From NCBI GenBank assembly GCA_036229005.1, contig JAZAMN010000024.1, positions 224,001-288,000 of the forward strand: a stretch of 64,000 bases of DNA, given 5' to 3'. The position numbers were made by a program, and so were the translations under genes. How positions within the stretch are numbered: position 1 is the stretch's first letter; each line of letters starts with the position of its first letter. Of the stretch, positions 27,401 through 36,399 are shown piece by piece. This DNA is from Myxococcota bacterium. Its GTDB lineage: Bacteria; Myxococcota_A; UBA796; CAJQPC01. A model generated the notes under the pieces. It searched no databases. It worked only from the letters and a program-made list of their open reading frames with translations, and was not told where the DNA came from.

Positions 27401-30044
27401 CCCAGGTGCGGCGGACCACCTGCAGCTCCACGGGGACGCCCGCCTGGGGAGCGCCCGCGGGATCCACCGCGACGAGATCGACGCTGGCGCTCTCTTGGGC
27501 CTTGGCCACCCCTGTGGTGGCCCGGAGGCCCAGGTAGAAGGCGGCCGGGTGCACCCGGACGTGGGCGCGGTTGGCGACCCGCTGGCGCGCGGGATCCTGC
27601 ACCTGCACCTCGATCTCCACCTGCTGGGGCCGGCTGCTCTCGCCAGCGGCGGGGAGCTCCAGCGAGATGTCCAGCTTCCCCTTTGCGTCCAGGGTGTCCT
27701 CGCCTGAGGCCAGCTCCTGCACAGGTTGGTGCTCATACTCCCACCAGGCGGCGGACTCGTCGCCGCCGAAGCGGTAGGCCTCCCAGCCGGGGATCTCCGG
27801 GGTCACCTCAACAGAGCGCACGGTCCAGGTGGCCTGCTGACCGCCCATGGCTGCGCCGAAGAGGTAGTTGCCGCTGCCCGTGGCCTGCAGGGTCTGCCCC
27901 ATGACCAGGTCCTCCGGGGCGCTGACCTGCACGCGGAAGCTGGGGGCCCGGTACTCCTGGGTCTGGACGGGCAGCCAGGTCACGGCCTTCTGGCCCTCGG
28001 CGCTCACCCGGAGCTCGCAGCTTCCGGTGCCGGTGGGCATGTCCGCGGGCAGCGCGAGGTCGAAGGCCACGCCTCCGTGTGCGTCCAGGGAGACCGTCTC
28101 CTTCTTGAGCTCGGCGCCGCGGGGGTCCTCGCAGAGGATCTCCATGCTGCCCTGGGGCAGGGCCATGCCGGTCGCGATGGTGCTGCGCGCCTTGCCCGCG
28201 ACGTGCACGGTGTCGCCGGGCTTGTAGACGCCCCGGTCGGAGAACGCGGACACCCGCAGGTGCCCGGGCTGGGTCAGCTCGCCCCGGTAGATGTCGAAGT
28301 CCCAGGTGCCCCGATGGTGCGGGTCATCCGAGCTGGTGACCAGCTTGTCTCCGTCCTTCTCCACGACCAGGAACACCGGCTCCTTCCAGGACTCCCAGCC
28401 CTCAGGCAGCAGATCCGGGCTGCTGGCCACCCCGTCCGCGTCGGTCACGCCCTCCCAGCGCAGCACGCCGCCGCGGTAGGCCCGCACCTGCGCGCCCTCC
28501 ACCGGCTGACCGTCCGAGAGGCGGGTCACCCACGCCTTGACCCCGTCGTGCCCCAGCTTGAGGGTGGTGCCCAGGTCCGAGACCTGCAGCAGGGCCTTGT
28601 GGTAGCGCTGCTCTCCGCGCCAGTTGGTGTCCTGTGGGCTCCAGGTCTCCACGAACACAAAGCCCCGCGCGTCGCGCAGGTAGGGGGCCAGATCCACCTG
28701 GTCCACGTGGATCCGGTCGTCCAGCTCCCGCTGGGTCACCAGAGGCAGCGGCGCCGTGTCGAAGCTGCGCCCGCTGGAGCTGAAGGCCTCCCACTCGTCC
28801 AGGTTGTTGATCACCCAGGCGCTGTCCACCGGGGTCACCGCCACGTAGAGCTGCTCGGCGTTCCGGGTGCGCACCGGCAGCGTGCTGGGGTTGGTGGCCG
28901 GGTAGAGCTGCTTGCCGCTGGCGGCGTCCACCAGGGTGTCGTGGTGCCCCGTGGTGAAGGTCCAGGACAGCGCCTTGTCGTAGGTCTGGCCGTAGCTGTC
29001 GGTGGCCCCGGGCTCCAGGGTCACCGTGTACGTGGTCATGGGCTCCAGCCGCACGCCGTGGGACCAGCCGCGCCACTCGAAGTCCTCGGCCGGCTCGAAG
29101 GGCTCGGGGGGCGCCGGCTCGATGCGGATGCGCCCGTTGAGCTGCTCGGCCGGGGTGCGCGTGGCCAGCTCCAGGCGGATGCGGGTGTAGGGATCCACCT
29201 GGTCCCCGGTGGGGAAGAACTCCTGGACCTGCGGGGGCGGCACCGTCGCGAAGTCGATCAGCCGCTGGGTGTCGCTCCCGCGGCTGCCCTGGGTCCCCCG
29301 GATCCCCGCGTCCAGCACCAGCCGGTAGTCGGTGTCCAGCGCGAGCTCGGAGCGCAGGACCACCACGCGCTCCCGATCCTTGGGGAGTCGGATCGCGTCG
29401 AACTCCGGGTCCAGGCTGCCCAGGCTGAGCGCCCCATGGCCCGGCAGGCTGGCCCGCTCCAGCACCGACTGCGGGTCCACCGGCTGGTTGAACACGAGCA
29501 CGATGTCCTCGCTGGGGTCGGCGCTGTCGGAGCCGTCCGAGGGCCAGGATCTCAAGAGGGTGGGCCGCTGGGTGGAGAAGCCGAACACCAGCTCCTTCTC
29601 CAGGGCAGTCCCGTCCGCGGCGGAGGTCCCCTTGGGGACGCGGCACTGGATCTCCGAGGCCATCGGGAAGCGCCCCGGCTCCGGCGTGAACACCGCCGTC
29701 TGCGTACCGGCCCAGCGCCCCGTGCCGGCCATCTCGCCGCAGCTCAAGGGCACTGGATCCTGGTCCAGGCGGGCCAGGGGGACCATGGGGCGATCAAAGA
29801 CCACCACGGCCTGACGCGGCTGCTCCTGCTCCCCCAAGGGGCCGACCATCAGCACCTGCAGGCCATCCCCCAGGTCCTGGTCCCAAGCCGCCAGATCCCC
29901 GGGGCCCACCGGGGCGATCTCCGGGAGCTGCGCCGCGCTCCCGACCGGCAGCACCGTGGCCTGGGACTGGGTCGCCGGATGGTCGGGCAGCTCGGGATCT
30001 TGTGCGCTGGGCTTACAGGCCAGCAGGAGCAGTGCGGTCAGCAT
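24453..30044 (-). CDS. Bacterial alpha-2-macroglobulin family lipoprotein
   Basis: Lipobox LLAC at ATG 30044; DRGVYKPG, LPDNLTTFR, thioester motif YPHHCLEQ, DPLPAGLE, MYAPEVFGR. Confidence 0.92.
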   Translation of the reverse strand: MLTALLLLACKPSAQDPELPDHPATQSQATVLPVGSAAQLPEIAPVGPGDLAAWDQDLGDGLQVLMVGPLGEQEQPRQAVVVFDRPMVPLARLDQDPVPLSCGEMAGTGRWAGTQTAVFTPEPGRFPMASEIQCRVPKGTSAADGTALEKELVFGFSTQRPTLLRSWPSDGSDSADPSEDIVLVFNQPVDPQSVLERASLPGHGALSLGSLDPEFDAIRLPKDRERVVVLRSELALDTDYRLVLDAGIRGTQGSRGSDTQRLIDFATVPPPQVQEFFPTGDQVDPYTRIRLELATRTPAEQLNGRIRIEPAPPEPFEPAEDFEWRGWSHGVRLEPMTTYTVTLEPGATDSYGQTYDKALSWTFTTGHHDTLVDAASGKQLYPATNPSTLPVRTRNAEQLYVAVTPVDSAWVINNLDEWEAFSSSGRSFDTAPLPLVTQRELDDRIHVDQVDLAPYLRDARGFVFVETWSPQDTNWRGEQRYHKALLQVSDLGTTLKLGHDGVKAWVTRLSDGQPVEGAQVRAYRGGVLRWEGVTDADGVASSPDLLPEGWESWKEPVFLVVEKDGDKLVTSSDDPHHRGTWDFDIYRGELTQPGHLRVSAFSDRGVYKPGDTVHVAGKARSTIATGMALPQGSMEILCEDPRGAELKKETVSLDAHGGVAFDLALPADMPTGTGSCELRVSAEGQKAVTWLPVQTQEYRAPSFRVQVSAPEDLVMGQTLQATGSGNYLFGAAMGGQQATWTVRSVEVTPEIPGWEAYRFGGDESAAWWEYEHQPVQELASGEDTLDAKGKLDISLELPAAGESSRPQQVEIEVQVQDPARQRVANRAHVRVHPAAFYLGLRATTGVAKAQESASVDLVAVDPAGAPQAGVPVELQVVRRTWDVVREKGMDGRWTWTSNPVDTPVESLTAKSGKQAERVSFVPPQGGYYVVKASAKDAQGRATASELGMYVAGPGASWARGDDDQVELVPDKRTYEPGETAQILVKAPKEGLMAWVTLEREGVLEQRVVKLATQAETLSVPITAEHAPNLFVSVVLTEGAPPSDSPDAGMPAHYLGYTELAVSAADRELSVDLGTDKQTYQPGEQVTVTLKAQAGEAPAAQARVVLYAVDHGVLSLTDYQTPAPFREFWGPRQLHVLTADTRTRVLDRGALLAKGAPAGGDGGSAALRSRFQTTPLWEAELETGADGTLVHSFTLPDNLTTFRVMAVVDSGAEHFGSAEQELQVSRPLLANPALPRFLRSGDAAIAGVVVHNNRDQDREVVVNASATGLELQGSPKTVTVPAHGSLEVPFGLDQAQLGDASLEFSVSAGDDQDAVRVSLPVARPRPVETMATAGASSERQVQPFALPEGVQPGVGGLSIKASPTALVGSEDSLDYLLDYPHHCLEQTSTRLMASVLAQELDPQLELAWDSAQIQEIREGELSRLGRFRHPSGGYTMWPGASEPSALATAHALEAQHRAGQEVDAEAVAFLRDFLDGAYTPYWWSEQTKRDAHARVALTLARIGHGDPGVNSALFAERQQLSLSARAGLAESIARTTGADPRTLRLVTELQGHLDIQAASATVASDPGSRALALWEGDAAPTAALVRALLVADPENPLLPRLVQGLVGGRRLARWGNTYTTLLSLQALADYAAYAEHEGLARSVRIALDKQSLAEFEFQSAQPQVLELPLESLSSGDLIIEPQGMVYWEARLSYGLEQAPPRDEGFTLRRQMVVLEGSGSTGAVTPGSLVQVTLTISTPVERSFVAVVDPLPAGLEPVNTAFATTASAMDAGGQDSWSMWDTGPAAERTWSDWVFNHRELRDQGVMLYADWMPAGVHTYTYMARATTPGTYSHPAATVEQMYAPEVFGRTGSDQFVVGTPAVATR

Positions 30045-30131
30045 GGATCTTCCTCGTTGCTGGGAAGCTATCGCGGAGGGCGGACAGATTCTGTCCTGGG
30101 ATCGCGTGGGGGGCGGGATAGCTTTCAGTCC

Positions 30132-31238
30132 ATGGCAGAACACGCAGACATCGTCGTCCTCGGGGCCGGCCTCGCCGGGCTCCTCTGCGCCCTCGAGCTC
30201 GCCCGCGCCGGGGTGGATGTGGCCGTGGTCGACGCCCAGCCCACCCCCTGGTCCCAGGGCTCCGGCGCCAGCCTCAACTCCCTGGGCCTGGTGCAGGTCG
30301 CGACCCCCGAGCACCCCCACCGCCTCCACGCGGCCCTCGGTCAGCAGCGCACCCAGCAGTACGTGGACTTCTCGCGCGCCTCCGTTCGGCGCCTCGCCGA
30401 GAACCTCCCCATGGAGCGGGGCGGCCTGCGGGTGTTCATGGGCAAGGAGGCCCAGGAGCTCTCAGACGCCGTGGCCATCGCGCAGCACCACGGCCTCCAG
30501 GATCTCGTCCTGAGCGTCGAGCAGGCCAGCGAGCGCCTGGGCCACGCCAGCCCCGGTCCCGCCCGGTGGGTGGAGGAGGATGGACGGCTGGACCCCGCGC
30601 ACGCCCTGGCCCACCTCCATGACCTCGCGGTGGCCGCTGGCTGTCGCTTCATCTCGGGCACCGTCGAGGTCATTGATGGTGAGGGCCCTCTCTCGCTGCG
30701 GGGCCCCGGGCTCTCCCTCCAGGCGGAGATTGTGGTGCTGGCCGCCAGCCACAGCCTGCGCACCCTGGTGCACTGGTTCCACGACAAGATCTTTCCCGTG
30801 CGCCACGCCGGCCTGCTCCTGGACGCCCAGCTCGCCCCCCTCACCGGCGCGAGCGCCCAGTACGGCTACCTGAGCTGGCAGGCCGATACCCAGGGGCGTG
30901 TGCGCGTCTCCGGCGCCCGCTGGGCCACCCCCCACCTGGAGACCGGCGAGACCGACCCCACCCCTGCGCCCCAGGTCCGGGCGGCTCTTGAGCGCTTCGC
31001 CGGCCAGCTCTTCCCGGGCGCCAAGGTGCTCGGCGCCTTCGCCGGAATCGCGGGGCACTCCTGCGACAACCTCCCCATCGTCGGGCCGCTCCCCGGGGGC
31101 CGCCTGGTCGCCTGCACCGGCTTCGGGGACTCCGGCTGGTCCACCGCCGCGGAGGCCGCTCACCAGTGCGCGCTGGGGATCCTGGGCGAGCCCACCCAGA
31201 TCCCGCCCTTCCTGCAGCCGGTGCGGTTCGTGGGCTGA
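30132..31238 (+). CDS. FAD-dependent oxidoreductase (DAO/PuuB-like)
   Basis: VVLGAGLAG, GASLNSLG, DNLPIVG, GFGDSG. Confidence 0.8.
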   Translation: MAEHADIVVLGAGLAGLLCALELARAGVDVAVVDAQPTPWSQGSGASLNSLGLVQVATPEHPHRLHAALGQQRTQQYVDFSRASVRRLAENLPMERGGLRVFMGKEAQELSDAVAIAQHHGLQDLVLSVEQASERLGHASPGPARWVEEDGRLDPAHALAHLHDLAVAAGCRFISGTVEVIDGEGPLSLRGPGLSLQAEIVVLAASHSLRTLVHWFHDKIFPVRHAGLLLDAQLAPLTGASAQYGYLSWQADTQGRVRVSGARWATPHLETGETDPTPAPQVRAALERFAGQLFPGAKVLGAFAGIAGHSCDNLPIVGPLPGGRLVACTGFGDSGWSTAAEAAHQCALGILGEPTQIPPFLQPVRFVG

Positions 31239-31255
31239 GCTCGGGAGGGGGGCCG

Positions 31256-32473
31256 TCAGCGGGCCATGGTCGCGCTCGAGAAGCTGCTGATCTGGGCGCT
31301 GTCGGTGAAGCCGACGGAGTGGGTGCCGGGGAGAAAGTAGCCGCTGTGGCTCGTCCACAGGGTCCCGAAGCTGTTGTAGCCGCCGGCCGTCACCGCGCCG
31401 AAGTACCAGGGAAGCCGCTCGGTGGCGCTGACCTTCCGGTACAGCCCCGCTCGACTCCCCGCGTTCAAGAAGTAGAAGGTCTGAGGCAGCTCCGAAGTGC
31501 TCAGTCCGCACCCGCCGCTCGAGTGGAAGCCGCTGCGGATGGCGGTCACGGGCCCGAGGTACCCACTGCCGACGAAGTCGATCCGGTCCACGGTGAAGGG
31601 GCAGGACCAGCTCCCGTGGGCGCTCTCCCGGAGGGTGGCCCCACTCAGATTGGTAAGCACCGCCCCGCCGCTGTAGCTGCTGCTGAGCAAGGCGAGGTAG
31701 GACGTGGTCCCGCTCAGACGGGTCTCCAGCAGAGCCCACCGCTGCCGGTCCAGCACCAGCTCCCCCGAGTGGATCTGGATGCGCTCGTGGGTGACGCACA
31801 CCTCCAGGCCCCAGCACTCGTCGTCGTTGCAGTCGCGCTGACCGTCGCCGTCGTCGTCCTTGCCGTTGTCGCAGGTCTCCGCGCACACGTTGGAGCAATC
31901 GCCGTCTTCACAGTCGACCAGACCGTCCAGGTCCTCGTCCAGGCCGTCGCTGCAGTCCAGCTCGTGTTCCGGCGCACAGGCTGCCGCGCAGTCGGGGTCA
32001 TCGCAGTCGACCAGGCCGTCCAGATCCTCGTCCTCCCCGCCCCCGCAGACCTCGATGCAGGCCTCGAACTCGCTGCACTCGCTGTCTGCGCAGTCCACTT
32101 CCCCGTCCGCGTCGTCGTCCGCGCCGTTGTCGCAGTCCTCGGGGCACTCCAGGGCCGCGCTGCAGTCGGGATCGGCGCAGTCCACGTGTCCATCCCAGTC
32201 GTCGTCCAGCCCGTCCCCGCAGTCCAACTCCTGCTCCGGGGCGCAAGCCTCCTCGCAGTCGGGATCTGCACAGTCGGTGAGTCCGTCGACGTCCTCGTCC
32301 CGACCGTCTGCGCAGTCCTCTTCGACGCTGGGGCGGCAGGCCACCAAGCAGTCGATATCGTCGCAGTCCACGCGCCCGTCCAGGTCGTTGTCCACGCCGT
32401 CATCGCAGAGCTCATCGCTCGGCGTCGGGTCCTGGAGTTCGGGGGCGCAAGCCAACAGCCAGAGAGCGAACAT
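31256..32473 (-). CDS. Lipoprotein with 7 Cys/Asp-rich repeats (C-x-D-G-x-D-x-D-x-D-G-x-x-D-C-x-D-x-D-C) and a unique C-terminal domain
   Basis: Seven repeat copies read directly from the translation; lipobox LLAC. Confidence 0.8.
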   Translation of the reverse strand: MFALWLLACAPELQDPTPSDELCDDGVDNDLDGRVDCDDIDCLVACRPSVEEDCADGRDEDVDGLTDCADPDCEEACAPEQELDCGDGLDDDWDGHVDCADPDCSAALECPEDCDNGADDDADGEVDCADSECSEFEACIEVCGGGEDEDLDGLVDCDDPDCAAACAPEHELDCSDGLDEDLDGLVDCEDGDCSNVCAETCDNGKDDDGDGQRDCNDDECWGLEVCVTHERIQIHSGELVLDRQRWALLETRLSGTTSYLALLSSSYSGGAVLTNLSGATLRESAHGSWSCPFTVDRIDFVGSGYLGPVTAIRSGFHSSGGCGLSTSELPQTFYFLNAGSRAGLYRKVSATERLPWYFGAVTAGGYNSFGTLWTSHSGYFLPGTHSVGFTDSAQISSFSSATMAR

Positions 32474-32505
32474 CTGTCACCTGTCAGGCGACAGTAGCAC
32501 GCACC

Positions 32506-34206
32506 CTAAAGCAGCGTGAAGTAGATCCCCGCCGCCTCATCAAAGCCCTCACGGCTCAGGCGGTGCGGCTGCTCCCGGAACAGGCACTGGTTCTGGATCT
32601 GCAGCATCAGGTCCCGCGGGTGGCAGTTGCGGAAGTTGCGGTTCACGCTGCGGTAGTGGGTCTCGATCACGTAGTCGAACACGGCGTCGTCGGGCTCGAA
32701 GCCCAGCAGCTCCGCCTGGATGTGCAGCAGCTTGCGGAAGTTGTCCTCGCTGGGGTCCTCGACGTTGACCTTGTAGGGGATGCGCCGCAGGAAGGCCTCG
32801 TCGCAGAGGTCCTTGGGGTCCAGGTTGGTCGAGAAGACCAGCAGCGGATCGAAGGGCACCTCGACCTTGCGACCGTCCGGAAGGCGCAGGAAGTCCACGC
32901 GCTGCTCCAGGGGCACGATCCAGCGGTTGAGCAGGGTCGCGGGCTCCACGCGCTGGCGGCCGAAGTCGTCGATGACCAGGGTGCCGCAGGCCGCCTTGAC
33001 CTGGATCGGGGCCTCGCAGATGCCGGTCTTGGGGTTGAAGTCCAGCTCCAGGCTGTCCATCGTCAGCTCGCCGCCCACGACCACGGTGGGGCGCCGACAC
33101 TTGACCCAGCGCGGATCCACGCGCTCCCGGCTGTTCAGGGTGCGGTCCTCGTCCTTGAGGGGCTCGTGGACCATCGGGTCGAACACCTTGACCAGGTGGC
33201 CGTCGATCAGCACCGCGTGGGGCAGGTAGACCGAGGTGCCGAAGGCGCGCGTCATGCGCTCGGCCAGGGAGGTCTTGCCGTTGCCCGGGAAGCCAAAGAG
33301 GAAGAGGCCCTTGCCCGAGGTCATGGCGGGGCCGAGCTGCTGCAGCAGCTCCTCGGTCACGAGCAGGTCCTGGAAGGCGCGGTAGAGGTCGCCCATGCGG
33401 GGCTTCTCGTTGGCGATGGACTGCTCGTGCACGCTCATCAGCCACTGGTCGAAGGGCACCGGCGCGGGACCGACATAGCGGCTGTGCTTCTGGAGGTCGT
33501 AGGCGTTCGCGCGCCCCTCCATCGTCAGCTCGTAGCGGAAGTCGCCGGTCGCGGTGCTGCGCTTGAGCACCACCAGCTTGGCCTCCTTGAGGTCCGCCAG
33601 CAGCTCCCGGACGATCTGCCAGTGCACCGCCAGCCCCTGGGCCACCTGGCGCCCCGTGCTGCCCGGCTGCGCGAGCAGGTACTTGAGGATCAGCCCGTCC
33701 ACGAAGCTGGCCTCCAGCCCCGCGCGGTCCAGATCCTTGGGCTCCACGGGCCGGAAGCGGGTGGGGGGGGGCGCCGCGATCACCGGGCGCTCGAAGGCCA
33801 TCGCCATCGGGCTGAGGCGGGCCTCTCCCTCCCGGTCCGTGCGCAGGCTCACCGAAGAGGCGCGCCGATCCACGAAGGTCTCCGCCGAGACCGTTGCGGC
33901 CACGGATGCGGTCGCCTTTTGGGGAGCGGGCTTGGGGGCCCCCGGAGTGCCTGGGTTCACCGCAACCCCGGCCGGTGCCTTCACGCTGGGCGGCATCGGG
34001 GCCTGCACGCGAGGTGCGGCTGGCTCGCTCCGCGGGGGCGGTGCGCTGGGGGTCAGGGGGATCCCGCGGGGGCGCACAGCGGCGGTGGGGGGCGGCTTGG
34101 GAGGCGCAGGGGGACGGGCCAGCCGCTCTTCCGGCTGCTGGGCACGCTCCCGCTTCTCGACAGCCTCCAGGGCTTGCCGAAGGGACTCCTTGAGGTAGCT
34201 CGCCAT
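32506..34206 (-). CDS. AAA+ ATPase (type often annotated as Flp/Tad-pilus-associated chaperone ATPase) with Pro-rich N-terminus
   Basis: Walker A GFPGNGKT, Walker B LVIDDFGRQ, FSTNL, DEAFLRRIPYK, CHPRDL. Confidence 0.8.
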   Translation of the reverse strand: MASYLKESLRQALEAVEKRERAQQPEERLARPPAPPKPPPTAAVRPRGIPLTPSAPPPRSEPAAPRVQAPMPPSVKAPAGVAVNPGTPGAPKPAPQKATASVAATVSAETFVDRRASSVSLRTDREGEARLSPMAMAFERPVIAAPPPTRFRPVEPKDLDRAGLEASFVDGLILKYLLAQPGSTGRQVAQGLAVHWQIVRELLADLKEAKLVVLKRSTATGDFRYELTMEGRANAYDLQKHSRYVGPAPVPFDQWLMSVHEQSIANEKPRMGDLYRAFQDLLVTEELLQQLGPAMTSGKGLFLFGFPGNGKTSLAERMTRAFGTSVYLPHAVLIDGHLVKVFDPMVHEPLKDEDRTLNSRERVDPRWVKCRRPTVVVGGELTMDSLELDFNPKTGICEAPIQVKAACGTLVIDDFGRQRVEPATLLNRWIVPLEQRVDFLRLPDGRKVEVPFDPLLVFSTNLDPKDLCDEAFLRRIPYKVNVEDPSEDNFRKLLHIQAELLGFEPDDAVFDYVIETHYRSVNRNFRNCHPRDLMLQIQNQCLFREQPHRLSREGFDEAAGIYFTLL

Positions 34207-34282
34207 CGACCCTCCTGGCTTCGTAGTGTAGCGCGCTGCAGCCCTTGCCCAATTACCTCTGGCTTCCGCTACACTGACAGTG

Positions 34283-35008
34283 ATGCTCGTCCCCTCCCTC
34301 CCTCACGTGAAAGCAGGCGCGTTTTCGCGCCGCGGCAGGGGCCACTCGCGCAACGACGATCGCTTCGGACTCTTCGATCACCGCGATCCCACGGTGCGCT
34401 TCGCCCGGCGCGGCGCCCTGTACGCGGTCGCGGACGGCGTCGGCAGCACGCGCGACGGCGCCGCGGCGGCCGAGGTGGTGATCCAGCACCTTCAGCAGTT
34501 CTTCACCTCAAGCTGGCACCCCTCCGAGAACCTGCTGGTCGACGTGGTCGAGGCCGCCGACGCCGAGGTCCGCATGACCATCGGCAGCGCCAGCACCCTC
34601 ACCGGGGTCTGGATGGCCGATCGCGTGGTCAGCATCTTCAACGTGGGCGACTCCGCCGTGTTCCTGCACCGCGACGGCCAGCTCCAGCGCATGACCCCGG
34701 AGCAGAAGCGCGGCGGCGGCCTCAGCGCCTGGGTGGGCATGGGGCCCAGCATCCGCCACATGCTCTTCATCCGGCGCCTGCCCATCCACGTGGGCGACGA
34801 GTACCTGATCTGCAGCGACGGCGTGCTCGAGGCCCTGAGCGTCCAGGAGCTCGGCACCCTGCTCCACGCCCACGGCGATGCGCTTCTCGATCAGGTGCGG
34901 GAGCGCCTGGACGACCGGGGCCACGGCGATGACGCCACGATGATCCAGCTCCGCGTGCTGGCCGAAGAGGTCGCGCCCTCCCAGTTGGAGCTCGAACCCC
35001 TCCCGTGA
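34283..35008 (+). CDS. PP2C/PPM family Ser/Thr protein phosphatase
   Basis: RNDD, VADGVG, NVGDS, CSDGV, GHGDDAT motifs; alternative start GTG 34280. Confidence 0.88.
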   Translation: MLVPSLPHVKAGAFSRRGRGHSRNDDRFGLFDHRDPTVRFARRGALYAVADGVGSTRDGAAAAEVVIQHLQQFFTSSWHPSENLLVDVVEAADAEVRMTIGSASTLTGVWMADRVVSIFNVGDSAVFLHRDGQLQRMTPEQKRGGGLSAWVGMGPSIRHMLFIRRLPIHVGDEYLICSDGVLEALSVQELGTLLHAHGDALLDQVRERLDDRGHGDDATMIQLRVLAEEVAPSQLELEPLP

Positions 35009-36399
35009 AGGCGCCCCCCGCTGCGTGGCTGGAGCAGCACCCCTCCGCCGTTGAGGTCGACAGCGGCCTGCCCTCGCCCCGCCGCGCGCGCCGCGATGGG
35101 GACACCTGGATCCTCCGCTGCACGCTGGCCGGCCCCCTCGCTCCCCAGGCGGAGCAGGAGTCGGGCTGGGCGCGGGTCCAGGGGCTGGAGCCCGGTCCAG
35201 ACAGCGCCCTCGCGCCCCTGGCCACGCTGTTGGAGTCGGGCCGACTGACCCCGACCTCGCTGGCGCCCAGGGAGCTGCTGAGCTTGCCGGGCGTCAACCC
35301 AGCCCGGGCGTTGCGGGCGCTGCGCATCAAGCGGGTCGATCGCTTCCTCGACCGTCCCCTGGAGATCGCCCACCGCGTCGGCCCCTCCTACACCCTGAGC
35401 CGGGACTTCCTGCGGCGACAGGGGGAGCGGGTGGTCTGCCTGGCCCCCTTTGAACCCCAGGGCTGGCAGGCGCTGGACGTGGCGCAGGTGGCCCTGGAGG
35501 AGGACGCCGACCTCAGCGAGCTGCACGGGGGAGGCGCCGCAGGAGAGACGGCGCTGCTCCTGGCGACGCTGGCGCTGGCGCTGCAGAGGAGCTGGCGGGA
35601 CCGGGATCCCGAGAGCGCCGACCGGGTCCGGGAGTGTCTGGAGGCCCTGAGGAGTCCGCCTCCGGAGCGGGTCCACATCCGGGTCCACGGCCCCGACTGG
35701 CTGGACACCCGGCCCTGGAGTGGGGATCGCAGCGCGAGCGAGGCCCGGCGCATCCTCCACAACCTCGACGGGCTGCAGGTGGACGGTCAGAGCCTGCGGG
35801 TGGACTGCACGCCGCCGCTGCACAAGGGGAAGCGCCCCCTGCTGCGCGAGGACCGGACCGTGCGCCGCACCCGCCTCTTCTCCCGCTGGGAGCAGGGCAT
35901 CCAGACCGACGACGAGGGCCTGCTCTCCGCCACCCCCGAGGCCCTGGCCCTGGACTTCGTGCAGGGGCTCTCCGGGCGCGTGCTGGACGGGACCTGCGGG
36001 GTGGGGGCCCTGGCGATCGCGGCGGCCCGCCGAGGCTGCAGCGTGGTGGCCTGTGACCTGAACGGACCGCGCCTGGAGATGGCCCGCCACAACGCCCGGA
36101 TCTACGGGGTGGAGCTGGATCTCCGCTGCGCGGACGTGCTGGACATCCTCCGCAGTGATGGCCCATTCGACGCCTTGATCCTCGATCCTCCCTGGGGCGG
36201 GCGCGACTACGACCGCCAGGGGATGCGCGCCCAGGACCTGCCCTTCCCGCTGCTGGAGGCCCTGGAGCTGGCCCCCCCGATGGTGCGCCTCAAGCTGCCC
36301 CGCTCCTTTCTGACCCAGAGCCTCCCCGGGGACTGGCGCTGGTCTGCGGCGGTGGATGCGCGGGGCGTCTTCAAGTTCCTGGTGGGGCGGCGCCCGTGA
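35005..36399 (+). CDS. SAM-dependent methyltransferase with Tgs1-like (RNA cap guanine-N2 MTase) C-terminal domain
   Basis: RLFSRW..GI..D.EG..S.TPE, DGTCGVG, ARHNARIYG, DPPWGG.DY, KLPR. Confidence 0.8.
   Translation: MKAPPAAWLEQHPSAVEVDSGLPSPRRARRDGDTWILRCTLAGPLAPQAEQESGWARVQGLEPGPDSALAPLATLLESGRLTPTSLAPRELLSLPGVNPARALRALRIKRVDRFLDRPLEIAHRVGPSYTLSRDFLRRQGERVVCLAPFEPQGWQALDVAQVALEEDADLSELHGGGAAGETALLLATLALALQRSWRDRDPESADRVRECLEALRSPPPERVHIRVHGPDWLDTRPWSGDRSASEARRILHNLDGLQVDGQSLRVDCTPPLHKGKRPLLREDRTVRRTRLFSRWEQGIQTDDEGLLSATPEALALDFVQGLSGRVLDGTCGVGALAIAAARRGCSVVACDLNGPRLEMARHNARIYGVELDLRCADVLDILRSDGPFDALILDPPWGGRDYDRQGMRAQDLPFPLLEALELAPPMVRLKLPRSFLTQSLPGDWRWSAAVDARGVFKFLVGRRP

Noticed and set aside
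30045..30329. N-terminal extensions in the ORF track (A2M to 30329; oxidoreductase from 27726; ybgC from 17851; GT-C from 53245; DUF1501 from 58642)
   Set aside because: The extensions overlap real genes; internal starts with SD, lipobox or Tat signal, or stop/start overlaps, fit better
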